A stretch of 64,000 bases of DNA from Curvularia clavata. Taxonomy: Eukaryota. The notes under the pieces are model-generated. The model saw nothing but the letters and a program-made list of their open reading frames with translations, did not search any database and was not told the origin of the DNA. Shown one piece after another: positions 47,088 through 59,022 of the stretch. Where the stretch lies: contig CP089274.1 of NCBI GenBank assembly GCA_023920165.1, positions 558,001 to 622,000 of the forward strand, given 5' to 3'. The translations under genes and the position numbers were made by a program. Each line of letters begins with the position of its first letter. Position 1 is the first letter of the stretch.

Positions 47088-47941
47088 GGCCGGGATTGTG
47101 TGGACAAACGTAGTTGGGGCTCATGGGGTTTATAACACAGGCAATCTCAGTGAAAAAGCAGTGCGATCTATTGCATTGATACCCGATGTAGTGGTAACCC
47201 CATCCCGCCTCTTCCCTCATTGACGGACTGCAGTTTACCCGCGCAGGTACTGGATACTGCTGATGAGTTACGCTGAACTTAGCGTAATATCCCCGCATTT
47301 CGCCTTCGGTCCTATGGCGCAGATCGTGGACGCTTGTTTCTTTGTCATTGCATCGGGTTACATCCCGGAGTGCTCCCGAGGAACATGGTGTTGTATTTAG
47401 CCTCGGGGTAAAAACGGCCGCTTCGTGGTTGAGGATGAATGAACAAGGGAAGCCGCATCAACTTGGGGTAATGAAGGATCTTACCCGTGGCTAACCGTGC
47501 ACTCTTCTTATAAAGTTATATAACTTTTTTTTTCAATTGAACAGATATCTGGAGTGAATAGATTGCGACTCGGTATCAAATTCGCCGGTGTCATAAGAGC
47601 CTTCCTTTATGCAATGAAACAACTGCCCGCCCCATCTGTTTTCTCATTTCCTCCATAACGGTAACAGTTGAACATATACTGTAGAAGCTGAAAGATCTCC
47701 ACTCAATTGTGTGATGGAAGGATGTGGGAATGGGCAAGATAGAATGACGTCATGCTAACCTTTCCCACCAGCACTACGTCCGCACCCCGCATGCCATGCC
47801 GCTTCCCCATTATAGCAACACATGTTAAGTTCTAACATAAGGAAATTTTGGGACAAGTGCAGAAGTATGTCAAAATGTGGCTATTCGGAGGCGTCCGATA
47901 CTCAGGCTTCTTCCTCTTCGCCCATGATTAAAACTTACAGG

Positions 47942-49342
47942 TCAGTTACGAGCACCTGCCTTGACCAATCTGATGGCCATTGTGTCATGAGTATCTACGG
48001 CCGCTGCGTATCTTCCTTTGAACCTTCCCTGCGCTTCTCCAGTCCAAGAGTCGAAGACCGTGTATTCGGCATTAGGATCAAGTCCGGGAACTTCGCCAAA
48101 ATCGACGGCCTTAATCTTTCTGACATTCAGTGTATTCAGAACGAATACATGTACGCCTTTGGAAGATGCACCACTCCAATACTCAGCAGGGTGAGTCTGG
48201 TTCCACGTAAAGTTTGGATTGATGCCCCACTTGTATGGCTTCGCGGGTGCTCCCACCAGTGGGTCTTGGTTAAAGTCGATAAGCTCTTTGCTACGAAGTA
48301 TCTGCAAAATTTCGGGCTTGATGTTGTGAAGACGCGTGCCGATTATGAGAGGCGATTTCAACGCGGCCCACAGCGCGAAATGTGTACGACTTTCCTGGAC
48401 GGTAAGGTCGCCGTTCCCTACTTCGAGCATATCCCAGTCACCGTGACCCCAAAAGTTCGTAGTGTTGACAAAGAACGAAGCGTGATTTAGAATGGGCATC
48501 ACACCCCAGCCTCCATTATTTCCTCCTATCCAACTGGGGGCGATATCTCCCCACATTCGCCAGCTATGGCCAGTGGTGTTTCCCCACTGATCGATATGCG
48601 CATGTCCCCACGCGCATTGAGAGTACTCAATTGAGCGCTTGGTGGCAAGTAGTGCGTTCCTCATTCTCTCATAGCGATCGAATGTCTTTGAATTCTTCCA
48701 ATCATAACCAGCTGGCGCTGGAACTGGTCTACTCCCAGCATTGCCTCCAGTCGTTTGATTTTCGGCGGGAGGGCCACCTCGCCAGTTTTCCGGCCTCCAT
48801 CGGTATTCGTCAGACCATTCCCCAGGTACGTTACAGTTGTCGTACTTCAGATCTGTTCGTCATCAGTCAACGTCTCCGTTATCAGCATTTTACCCACAGT
48901 CAATGCCCCATTCCGCGAATGTTTGAGCATCCACTTGTTCATGACCAAGGGAGCCAGCATAGCCGCCACATGTTAGTGTTCCTGCATCACTGTAAATTCC
49001 AAGCTTAAGCCCAAGCTTGTGAATCTCGTCCGCAGTATGCTTGATGCCCTGAGGGAATTTCTTGGCATCTGGTCTAATCTTCCCTGTGGCGCTATCGCGT
49101 TGGTCAACTTTGTCACTCCAGCAGTCGTCAATGTTGACATAGTTGTAACCAAGATCCTTCAAGCCGAGAGAAATAAGGAGATTCCCAATGTCCAAGAACA
49201 GCGTCTCGTTGATGCTGCATTGGTATTCGTTCCAGGAGTTCCATCCCATCGCAGGGAGGCGACCAGTGTGTCCATCAGAAGAAACGAGCGCTTGGACAGC
49301 CCCGAACAAGACGAGGTTGGTGTGCAGTAACTTCAGCGCCAT
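47942..49342 (-). CDS. Secreted GH27 alpha-galactosidase
   Basis: PAMGWNSWN, YVNIDDCW, GLKLGIYSDAG, WGID|YLKYDNC (intron about 48897-48853), SWRMWGDI and DWDMLEVGNG. Confidence 0.93.
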
Positions 49343-49737
49343 AACGAATGCTCGAAAAATTCTATGGATCTTGTTGTGCTTGAGGAAAATTTACATGCTT
49401 TACACTCCGAATATATACACAATGCAATTTCTACGGAGCATATTGTTCCGCTGAGTAAATCCGCAGCTTGTTTTGCGCGTGATGTAACTTCCATGTTTTC
49501 TTGTGATCGGTGCTGTGGGCACTTGCAGCTGCATGGTTGAAATTGGAGGGTATGGATATATCAATTCCGAAAAAATGCTCCAACCAAAAACACTTGAAAG
49601 ACTTCACAAAGGCGAATGGTGTTTTAGCTCGAGGCGCCCGTCGGGGGTGCCCTAGTACAGATTACGTCAGGGATGTTTACTCCCCGCAGACCCCTCTCTG
49701 TACCACCACTACCTTTGCATAAGCAGATATTGAGAAA

Positions 49738-51584
49738 TCAGTGTCTATGTCCACCTTGATGGTGGCCGTGGTCATGTGAATGAGCGTGCTCGTGTTCTTC
49801 CTCTTCGTCCTGCACACGCGGCCATTCAGCCCAGTAGCTGTCGTCCCAAAGTTCCTGCAAAGCCTCTTCTTTCTCGTCATCATCTAGTTTCTTATCAAGC
49901 ATGACCTTTTCCCACTTCTTCATCTCACTCCGACTGAGTAGGCACGAGTCAAGTGCCTTGGTCAGCCCATGCTCGTCAAGCTTCTCACCAATAAAGACCA
50001 TTTCCTGGCGGCGATCGCCCCACTTCCCCTCGAAGTCGTTTTTGATAGCTGTCTTTGTAACTTCGTCGGCTCCCCAATCTTCTTCGGAAACACAGCAGAA
50101 CCAGGGCATTTCAGACCCTAGTGTCAGCATTGCACCAGCGGTGCTCCATGACCCCATCTGGTCAGGGCGCGTTGCAAGCCAGAAGATGCCTTTGCTGCGA
50201 TGGAGGCCACTAAAGTAGGGATTGGCTCGTTTGTTTTCGAGTACCTTTTTGTCATCAATCGGAGTATCACCCTCGTCACTCTCCTTGTCTGAATCTTCCC
50301 CGGAAGCACTGGCTTCACCAGATTCAGATGATCCAACATCGCCGTCATCGTTGCCTTCGTTTTCGCGCTCGTCTTCGTCTTCCTCATCTTCTAGCTCATC
50401 CTGCAGAAGAATGAACTTACCCTCAATCAGTCGGTAAAGCTTCAATGGGTCAAAGGGTCTACGAGCACGGTATACAAAAGACCCGATTCCATATCTGCGA
50501 AATAGGTTAGTGGTCAGTACTTGTTTTAATAGGTGCTAACCCACTCGAGTGTCTCGGGCTTTGGTGCGATACGCTTCTTGCCGTGGACATCCATTACAGT
50601 CATCTCATGCAAGCTCTTCAGCCAACCAGCACTTGCAACTGCCTCGCCAAAGTTGAAAATCCCAGTGTTCAACATCTCACGGACGTTCACCTTGGAGTAC
50701 TTGGCTTCGATGACCTTAGCGTTCGGGTTGAGGGACTTGATGTAGGCCTTGACGCGGCCCAGAGTTGCGGCATCGGCTCTGTCGATCTTGTTCACGATGA
50801 TGACATTAGCAAACTCGATTTGATCAGCGAAAAGGTCAGAGATGGTTCTCTGGTCCTCGTCCGGCACCTCGTCCTTTCCAAAGCGGTCCTGCAGGAATTC
50901 TGCAGTATCGAACTCAGAGAAAAATCGGAAGGCATCCACGACGGTGACCATTGTATCGACGGCGGCGATGCTCTTCAATCCGCCAATCTTTGCACTTTGC
51001 TTCGAGTCAGCGGTTTCAAGTAGGAAGGTCAGCTCGGACTTACACCTTGGCGAAAACCTCCTTCTCATCAGGTTCCATGCCTTCTGCATCGAGCATAGCC
51101 TCGGTCAACTCAGTAGCGAATGTCTCAGCAACCTGCTGAGGCTCGCTAATACCTGAACTCTCGATTACGACATGGTCGAAACCCTGATTGCTCCATGCGA
51201 GGCGAGCCAACTCGACAAGCAAATCGCCCCGGAGCGTACAGCAGATGCAGCCATTCTCCATCTGTATCATCTTCTCTTTGACACGAACTTCTCCTTTGCC
51301 GTTCGGCTTGGTACTCGATCGACTTATAATATTGGCATCAACGTTCACTGACGCCATGTCATTCACGATGACGGCAATGCGTAGTCCATGGTCTGACTGG
51401 AGAATATGTCGGAGCAATGTGGTCTTTCCGCTTCCCTGCGATTGTGAGTATGATTCAAGATCTAGTTGAAAACACTTACGAGGAAGCCGGACAGAATGGT
51501 GACCGGCAGTGGCTTTCGCTCGCTAGACTTGTTCTCAGGCTTCATATCCGCACCGCCTGTCTTTCTGCGCTTTGAAGGCGACAT
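49738..51584 (-). CDS. COG0523/CobW-family P-loop GTPase (Zng1-like zinc metallochaperone)
   Basis: [15 protein letters not shown] (Walker A split by an intron), GCICC metal-binding motif, VIESSG, NKID, CobW_C region [23 protein letters not shown], an acidic insert and a His-rich tail [18 protein letters not shown]. Three introns. Confidence 0.92.
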
Positions 51585-52436
51585 GGGGTCTTTCTTAAGT
51601 TTCTGAGATGAGCTGTCAATTTGAAAGATCGTAGAGTGTCGTTTGGATGGTTTTTGTATCTGCTTCTTCGTGATTGTGCGCTCGACCAATTGAGCACCTC
51701 GATGGTCGCGGCACATCAGCACCAAAAGCACGCATCTTATTCGTCCAGAGCCCGAAGAGGTACCCATGAGGTAATGTCTATACCATTTATAGTATCCCGC
51801 GACCGAGTTGGCTTTGAAATGGGTGCCCGAACCCGAGCGAGGGATAGTAATTGGCTGTACTGAGGTGAATAGCTAAGGCGGCTCTCGTCGGGTGCATCTT
51901 TCCCGCCCAAACTACCAGGAATTTCTATATCCCCGTCTGGATAGGTCTACACTGCAACTCAATATTTTACACTGACCACTCGCAGGCACAAAAGTCCATG
52001 CTTCAGGGTGTAGGGGCGTGAAGTGCATGGTCTCCGGAATCGTACATCAAGATGAATATATACACGTCTCAAGGCATCAGTGCTTCCGCAAAATCATCAG
52101 CCGGTATACTACTCTTCACTTCTAAGATATACACGTTCACGAACTTCGAGTTGCACAGCCTAGCTGTGATATTAGCTGGAAATTCCTAAAACAAATTACT
52201 GTGAGTACTTCTGCTGGAACTTCATTGGTCCGAGAAAATCATATCAAACAAAGAACCTACTGGTATGATTTATTCCCTGATCAATTGGATTCACAAACTC
52301 TGACACATCAAGGTACAAAGTCAAATAAAGTCGCCAGCGCTTCATCCAAAGCTTCAAGTTGACAAAGAAAGTTTATATATCATTTATTATTCATCTATCC
52401 ATCGAGATTGCTTTTCATTTCCTAACTTGAAAACAA

Positions 52437-54526
52437 TTACAGCAACCTCCTGCGATACTGGCTAGTGCTATTGCCAACATCAGTATCCAACACAGCAACA
52501 CTGAGCTGAGGCATGCTGAAGTGGAAAGCGCCATCGCTTGAAGCCTTAATCAGCGTGTTCGTCGTGTTGACAATGTTCTGGCCGGTAAAGGGGTCGTTGT
52601 ACGCAAATGGGTCACCGCTCGGGTTTGTAAGAACGGTCAAGTTGGCCAAGGCGCCAGGAGCAACACCCTGAAACTGGACGGAGACGGGCACGTCAGAGCC
52701 GTTGGTGGTGTTGTATACTGCGCCCTTCCAGACCATGGCACCGTTGCGGTTCTCGTCGATTCCGGCACCCCAGTAGAGCGGGCCGTAGGAGGAGTTGGAG
52801 TGCGTAGGCAGAGTGTGGGAAATGGGATGATGCGCGAACAGGCTCCAGCAGTACCAGGTGACGGCCTTGGTGGTGCGCTTAGGGTCCGCATCGAACTGGA
52901 TGAGCGTGATAGGCCACTGGAAGCGGTTGTTGTTCTTCAAGACAGGGGCGTAGAAGGTACCGGGGATGCGGTCCGAGTTACGCTCGTAGCCAATGAGTGA
53001 GACTGCCTCGCCAACAGCTCCGATCCACCATGGATAGGGGTTCAGACTACCTTCCCAACGGATACCTCCGTTGACGTGAGTAGCTGCAACTTCACCGACA
53101 ATGTGACCGGCGTCGTTGTCGAAGCGGTCGAATTCGTAGACGAGCTCATCGGGCTCACGGTATGGGTGATAATCACCGAGGGCATCGGCAGGAAGGATTT
53201 GACCGTTTTTTCTGTTGGGGCCATGGAGCGGAGGCTCACCACCAGGGTCGCTGGAGGCAGCGGAAGCAATGACCGTGATATTAGGGTAGGCCTTTCGGAT
53301 TGCGTTGTAGAACATAGGGAAACGGTATTCGCGGTAAGAGGCCCAACCACCAGGGAAGCCAGCGAGCCAATCTTCGTTACCGACCTCAACATAGTTGAGC
53401 TCGAAAGGCTCTGGGTGACCGAGCTCAGCACGGCGCTTACCCCAAGTGGAGTCTGCAGGACCAGCAACAAATTCGATTTCGTTCAACGCGTCATCGATGA
53501 AGGGCTGGAGTTCATCCTGGGGAGTAACGCCACCGTCAAGATCAAGACCGGCCCAGACACCCAGAACGATCTGGAGACCCATGTCCTCAGCCCATTCAAG
53601 ATACTCCATGAGACCGAGACCGTGAGTCTGCTGGTAGCCCCAAACACCTTGGAAACCAGGGCGATACCGAAGAGGACCAATTGAGTCCTTCCAGTCCCAG
53701 TATGAGTCGTTTCTGAGACCCTCAAGCATGTTGCCACCAGGGAAGCGAAGGAAGTGCGGGTTCATGTCCGCAAGAGCCTCAGCAATGTCGATACGGAGAC
53801 CATTCTTTCGGCCCTTGTATGTAGGTGGGAAGAGCGAAATAAGATTGAAGTCGAGTGCGCTGGCTGCGGCACTGTCGAAAGTAATAGAGAAGGTGTTGTT
53901 GGAGTTTGGCGCATCCTTTTCAGGAACGAGCTCGAAGGTGTGCTCGACCCACTCGTCTCCATTACACTTTGAGGGTACTTCGACGGAACCGAATACCTCA
54001 TCGGTCAGATTGGATTCGAGAGAGGCAGTAAAAACACCGTCGTATTCTCCCTTGACCCAGAAAGATCCAGTGTAAGTTTGCACACGGACGTCCATGCCCC
54101 AGTAACCCTCGTTCTTGAAACCAATCTTGCCGCTGCCAGAACTGCTGTTGCCAGCAGACACACGCATGGAAGCTGGGAGTTGCTTTGACAATGGCTCATC
54201 CAAGAACTTAATGCTGAGAGCAGCATTGTTAACGGGAAAGTAGTGTGCGGTAGATACGCTGTAGTTGCGGCTGAACTGAAAAGCACGGTTTTGAATCAAT
54301 TCAGCGTAGATACCACCATCACCGGAGTTGTTGATATCCTGGAGCATGAATCAGCAACCCGCCATTGGAACTGAGGTGCAAGCAAAATTACCTCGTGAAG
54401 GAAACCATATCCGTATGAGTGTCCATACTTGCCGGTCTTGTTGCCACCAGAAGATTGCACAATGATATCGGCAGCCAGCGCAGTAGTAGCGCAAGCAGCA
54501 GCTACAAGGCCCTTGAGAAGCACCAT
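52437..54526 (-). CDS. Secreted GH51 alpha-L-arabinofuranosidase
   Basis: Signal peptide MVLLKGLVAAACATTALA, GFLHE|DINNSGDGGIYAELIQNRAFQ (intron about 54391-54339), LRFPGGNMLEG, VEVGNED (acid/base) and VGEVA (nucleophile). Confidence 0.93.
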
Positions 54527-54949
54527 CTTCACGGCCAGAAGAACGGTGGATTACTGACTACTACAAAATATGCCGTGATATGCCAATCTTATACTCCCCA
54601 TTCCTAAGACCAAGCCCACCGACCTTTCCCTGGAAGTCAAGTCCGTCTAGCCACACTTGTCCACGGCAACAGGATGAATGAAGGCAGATCATCATGGCGC
54701 CTCTAGGTAGGTACGCCTTCCATCACATCTTCCGGTTGCATCGCGTGTATGCACAAGCGGGCTGGGAGATTGGTCGTCGTTGATTGGAGGACTTGCCCAA
54801 CAGCAGGCGGAAGAAATGGATGAAGTCAAGTGTTAGTTCCTGGCGATCCATGTCGGTGCGTGCAGCGACCCCTCTTAGTGACGTGATCCGACTGTCGGGG
54901 TTCTTGGCTGGCAAGAATCTCCAATCCTCTGAAATAGTGCGCGATTCAG

Positions 54950-55290
54950 GTGCTGGAGAGGATTGAAGACTAGATGTAGGCGCAATTGATGTGGTGGGCA
55001 CAGATACATGGGTTGCGTTTGAGGCTGAAGGACATAGTATGGAAGAATGCGGACCTTCCATGGGGTAGTCTCCGCCAGCCGAGGCTAGCTGTGGGTGGGG
55101 AGAAACTGGGGAATCAGGGCTGGGGTATCTCCTGTTCTCCATCGCCCAACTGTCGCCGGCTAAAATGCTTCTTCAGTGCTAGCCGCAAGGATACTGCCGA
55201 GTGCTCAAGAAAAGTTGGCGCCGAGAAAAAGCCTCCTCTTATTTCTGCACCCGACGCCAGAAATCCCAAGTCGTTCGGGGTAAAAATGCT
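54950..55290. promoter_or_regulatory. XlnR/AraR-type and CreA-type sites upstream of the GH51 gene
   Basis: CGGCTAAA at 55157-55164 (GGCTAAA / CGGNTAAW), GGCTAG at about 55083, and several SYGGRG sites (GCTGGAG about 54952, GTGGGG about 55095, GCTGGGG about 55119). Confidence 0.45.
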
Positions 55291-55576
55291 CCGTTCACGA
55301 AGAAAGACCTCATGCCAGGTCGTGGCAACAGTTGAGTTATCCCGTAAGCAACTCCGGCCTCTTACAATGCAATGAGGCTGCGTCGGCACGTGGAGAGGAC
55401 ATTGGATTCATGGGACGACGACGTCAAGAAGCGTGTAATGTTGGATTTAGCCCGCCAACCACTAGAACCGAAACGCCAATGCGCAATCTCCAATACCAAG
55501 TTCCCTATTAATTCTCAGAAGCGCCTTGCCGTACCTTGATTACTATTTCCATCCTCCCTTAAATTTGGCATTATCA

Positions 55577-56095
55577 TCATCGAAACGGGTTGCCTTCTTG
55601 CGCACTGTCCCGCTTTGCCTGAGTCGTTTTCTCGACCCAGACCGCTGTGCCGCTAACGCTGACGACTACACATCCGAATATCTCGCTCTCTCTGATTTCC
55701 AGTCCGACCACTGCGTTCGCACCTTTGCTTATCGCTTCTTTGATGAGCCTGTCAATGGCTTGGTCGCGGGCTTGGTAGATGATACTTGTTACGGTTTTGG
55801 CCTCACCCCAACTGTTGGTAAAACTGGCGGCGACGTTCTTGATAAAAGATTTTGTGTCTTTGCGTGTCGCGGTTGTTGTGCCGTGGACAGCTCCGAGGAC
55901 ACTAACGACGCGGTGGCCCGGTAGTTCTGATGATGTTGATGTAAGAAGGGCGGGAGTGCGGCTTTGTGGTGCTTCGAGTTCGGTTGTGAGAGGCACCTTG
56001 GACGCGTCTGGTGGCATTGATCCTTTCGAATGAGGGTGCCAGCTTGGCATCCGGTTTGGTGGGACCATCATGGTCGAGCGACGGTTGGTCAACAT
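55577..56095 (-). CDS. YbjQ/UPF0145 family putative heavy-metal-binding protein
   Basis: LTSTSSELPGHRVVSVLGAVHG...GE....II.QARDQAIDRL..EA..KGANAVVGL...V.VSGTAV matches the YbjQ pattern. Confidence 0.8.
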   Translation of the reverse strand: MLTNRRSTMMVPPNRMPSWHPHSKGSMPPDASKVPLTTELEAPQSRTPALLTSTSSELPGHRVVSVLGAVHGTTTATRKDTKSFIKNVAASFTNSWGEAKTVTSIIYQARDQAIDRLIKEAISKGANAVVGLEIRESEIFGCVVVSVSGTAVWVEKTTQAKRDSAQEGNPFR

Positions 56096-56972
56096 GTTTG
56101 TAGTAGTGAAATCGAAGCCGTTGACTGATTTGATATGTGTATAGGAACCGCGCAACAGGAAATGGATGCTAACAAATGACGGTGTAGATATGAAGTGAAT
56201 GAGTGGACTGAGCTGTGGGCCTGGGGGCGCGACAATGGATCAATATATCCACGCGCAGCCCATCGTATACATCGCGATGTTGGTCGGCTTGCGAAACGTT
56301 CTAAACTCATGCCTTGGCTCGCGGGCTCATACATGCGCATCTTCCGCACGTCTGAGCCACGTTAGCAACAGCTAAGACGGTCCAGAGTGCCGTGTGACAG
56401 ATCTTGCGCATGGCGGAAATGAAGACCGCCTCTGGCGAGCAATTTCTGGCGGAGAAGATGCGGAGTGGTGTTCCGCTCTCTACGTCACATAGTGGTTTTG
56501 GTAGGTAGAGTCGAGGTGCTGAAACGCGGAGTGTCGCGGCGTCACCTCTCAGGTTTGAGGGCAACCAGTGATACATGGATGACACTTCTAACATGCCCTC
56601 TCATATCTCGGAACTACTCTTTGAGGATACATGGATTCCTGAGGTTTGGTTAAGCAATGGTGAAGCTTGCATACAGCGTATCACGGTGGTTGTAGCAAGG
56701 CAGATTCTTGGCATTCATCCAATCGATTGCTTGTGAAAATCTCAGTTCACGAAACGGTATCAGCCCCTGGTGGTGTTCGCGGAACAGTCTCCGTTAAAGT
56801 AGGAGAAGGAGATTGGCTAGGAAAGGATAGTACATCTCGAACTACGCCATTCTTACCACCTGAAGCTTTCTACAAGCATGATCTTCTGCAACGATGTAAG
56901 CTGCCAGCCAGTCATACAGTGGCCCTGGCCCACGTGCTTCTCTCATTCAATTCTATCACTACTATCCCAGAA

Positions 56973-58601
56973 CTAGATCGCATATACTCGCTTCCCCCCA
57001 AACCAAGTCTCTGTTACCTTGGCATTGAGCAGATCCTCGCCTTCCCATTCCATGTCGACGACACACAAATCGGCCATCTTTCCGACCTTCAGGCTTCCCA
57101 GGCGACCTTCGGAGAAAGACGAGTACGCTGCACCTTCGGTGGCCGCAGCTACTGCTTGTGCCAGCCCAAGCTTGAAGTTCTCATTTACAGGTGCATCACC
57201 TGCATGTGGTTGGCGAGCCGACTTGCGAGTAGTCGCGACGTAAAGATTGGGCAGTGGCGAATATGGTGCAGTAGGCGTGTCAGAACCTATGGCCAAAGTT
57301 GCCCCATGATGTGCAAACTCGGAATATGCAAACGCCCGCTTCACTCGTTCAGGTCCTAACAGCTTTGGCCAAGCACGAAGGATCGCCGGATCAGAGTGAA
57401 CCGGCTGGATACTCGCAGTGATGCCGAGCCGACCAAGCCTTTTCGCATCCTCTGGCGCAGTGAGCTCAAGATGCTCGATACGATGTCGCTGGCCGGGCTT
57501 GCCGTGTTTCTCTAGGACGTCGACAGCATTGCGGACAGCCTGGTCTCCAATGGCATGCAATGCGCATTGCAGTCCATTTTCAGAGGCTCTCTTAACGACG
57601 GGATCGAGCATTTCAGGGGTCCAGATTGGACCTTCAAAGTGCCCATTGGAAGTGTATGGTTCTGCTAAAGCAGCGGTGCACGCATCAATGACACCGTCGC
57701 AGATAACTTTGATGCCAACTACCTTCAGGTCTGGACTGTTCTCACTGTTAAATTCCTGACTCAATTTGATAGCACGGTCGACCTGTCGTAATCGATGCTC
57801 ATCCCCGTCTCCGGGCATTATACACCAATGCGCTGCAACCCGAAGTGGGAGTCCCTCGGCAGAGTGCAATGCGACAATGGCTTCCCAAGCGCCTTCATCC
57901 ATGGCCATGTCGATGCATCCTGTACATCCAGCCGCATGGTACGCGTCGATTGCAGTCCTCAAAGCAGCCATTTTGTCGACTAGTGGCGTGACCTTGGCAA
58001 GATACGGCCAAACAATCAGCAAGACACACGCTTCACTCAAAAGACCTGAGGCTTTTCCATCTGCATCTCGTTCGATCGAGCCACCTGCTGGATCCTCCAT
58101 GTCTTGAACGCCCATCTCTCGCAGCGCCGCGCTGTTGCACCAGCACGAATGCAGGTCTTTAGAGTCAATGTATATGGGCCTCGGATCCAGGTCGTCTAGC
58201 ATGCTCGCTTTAGCCAGGCCATCGGTCATTGAGTGCATCCAACCTTTGCACATAATGCGCGGCTTATCGGGGTTGGCTTTCGCATACTGTAAGATGCGAG
58301 ATCGAATTTCTTCCAGGTCTTTGGCGTGGTCCAGGTCAACTTTATGCAGAGACTGGCCCAGCAAGAGGAAATGCATATGCGCATCTATGAATCCAGGAAG
58401 TACGTGCTTGCCTCCAAGATCATGAACGGTTGCTCCAGCATCATGATATGATTGGATTTCGGGCGCATCAGGACCACCAATGAAGCTGATCTTGTCGTCT
58501 TGGAGAACTATGGTCACAGTAGATGGAGATCCCGCTCCAGAAGTGCCAACATCGAAGCACTGCCCATTCTTGAGAATGGTAGTGCTCTTCGGAGTAGTCA
58601 T
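56973..58601 (-). CDS. Amidohydrolase-3 (YtcJ-like) metal-dependent hydrolase
   Basis: DLGGKHVLPGFIDAHMH, DLHSCWCNS, KVICDG, LHAIGD, RHRIEH, GSDTP and GSLKVGKMADL. ATG at 58601 (MTTPKS). Confidence 0.9.
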   Translation of the reverse strand: MTTPKSTTILKNGQCFDVGTSGAGSPSTVTIVLQDDKISFIGGPDAPEIQSYHDAGATVHDLGGKHVLPGFIDAHMHFLLLGQSLHKVDLDHAKDLEEIRSRILQYAKANPDKPRIMCKGWMHSMTDGLAKASMLDDLDPRPIYIDSKDLHSCWCNSAALREMGVQDMEDPAGGSIERDADGKASGLLSEACVLLIVWPYLAKVTPLVDKMAALRTAIDAYHAAGCTGCIDMAMDEGAWEAIVALHSAEGLPLRVAAHWCIMPGDGDEHRLRQVDRAIKLSQEFNSENSPDLKVVGIKVICDGVIDACTAALAEPYTSNGHFEGPIWTPEMLDPVVKRASENGLQCALHAIGDQAVRNAVDVLEKHGKPGQRHRIEHLELTAPEDAKRLGRLGITASIQPVHSDPAILRAWPKLLGPERVKRAFAYSEFAHHGATLAIGSDTPTAPYSPLPNLYVATTRKSARQPHAGDAPVNENFKLGLAQAVAAATEGAAYSSFSEGRLGSLKVGKMADLCVVDMEWEGEDLLNAKVTETWFGGKRVYAI

Positions 58602-59022
58602 GAGTATGATGCGGGGGGTCAGAAAGACTAAGTTTGTATCAGGAGGGGAGCTTAACAAATGCGCACGTGTACTACTGTTGGATCCGATACCGGTACATCT
58701 CCGATACCCCACCTCTAACCCCAATCAGGTCTGCCGTTATCAACTCCAATTCTCCACAGTAGAATACTCGATACAGTGAAAGTCATAACCCCTTGAAGCC
58801 ATCAGTGCCTGCACTTGATTATCATATGGCACCTCGCCCCACATACATGTCAGTGACTCTTCGGCATATCTTCTCCATCATTATCAGACCATCCACCACC
58901 TGTTCATTTCATCTCAGTGTTCAAGTGTCTAACCCACCCATTTAATCTTTCACAAGTGACATATTGTAAACGCCAGGTCAAGCATATAGTTCACCACACC
59001 AACATATATACCGTCAGCAGCT

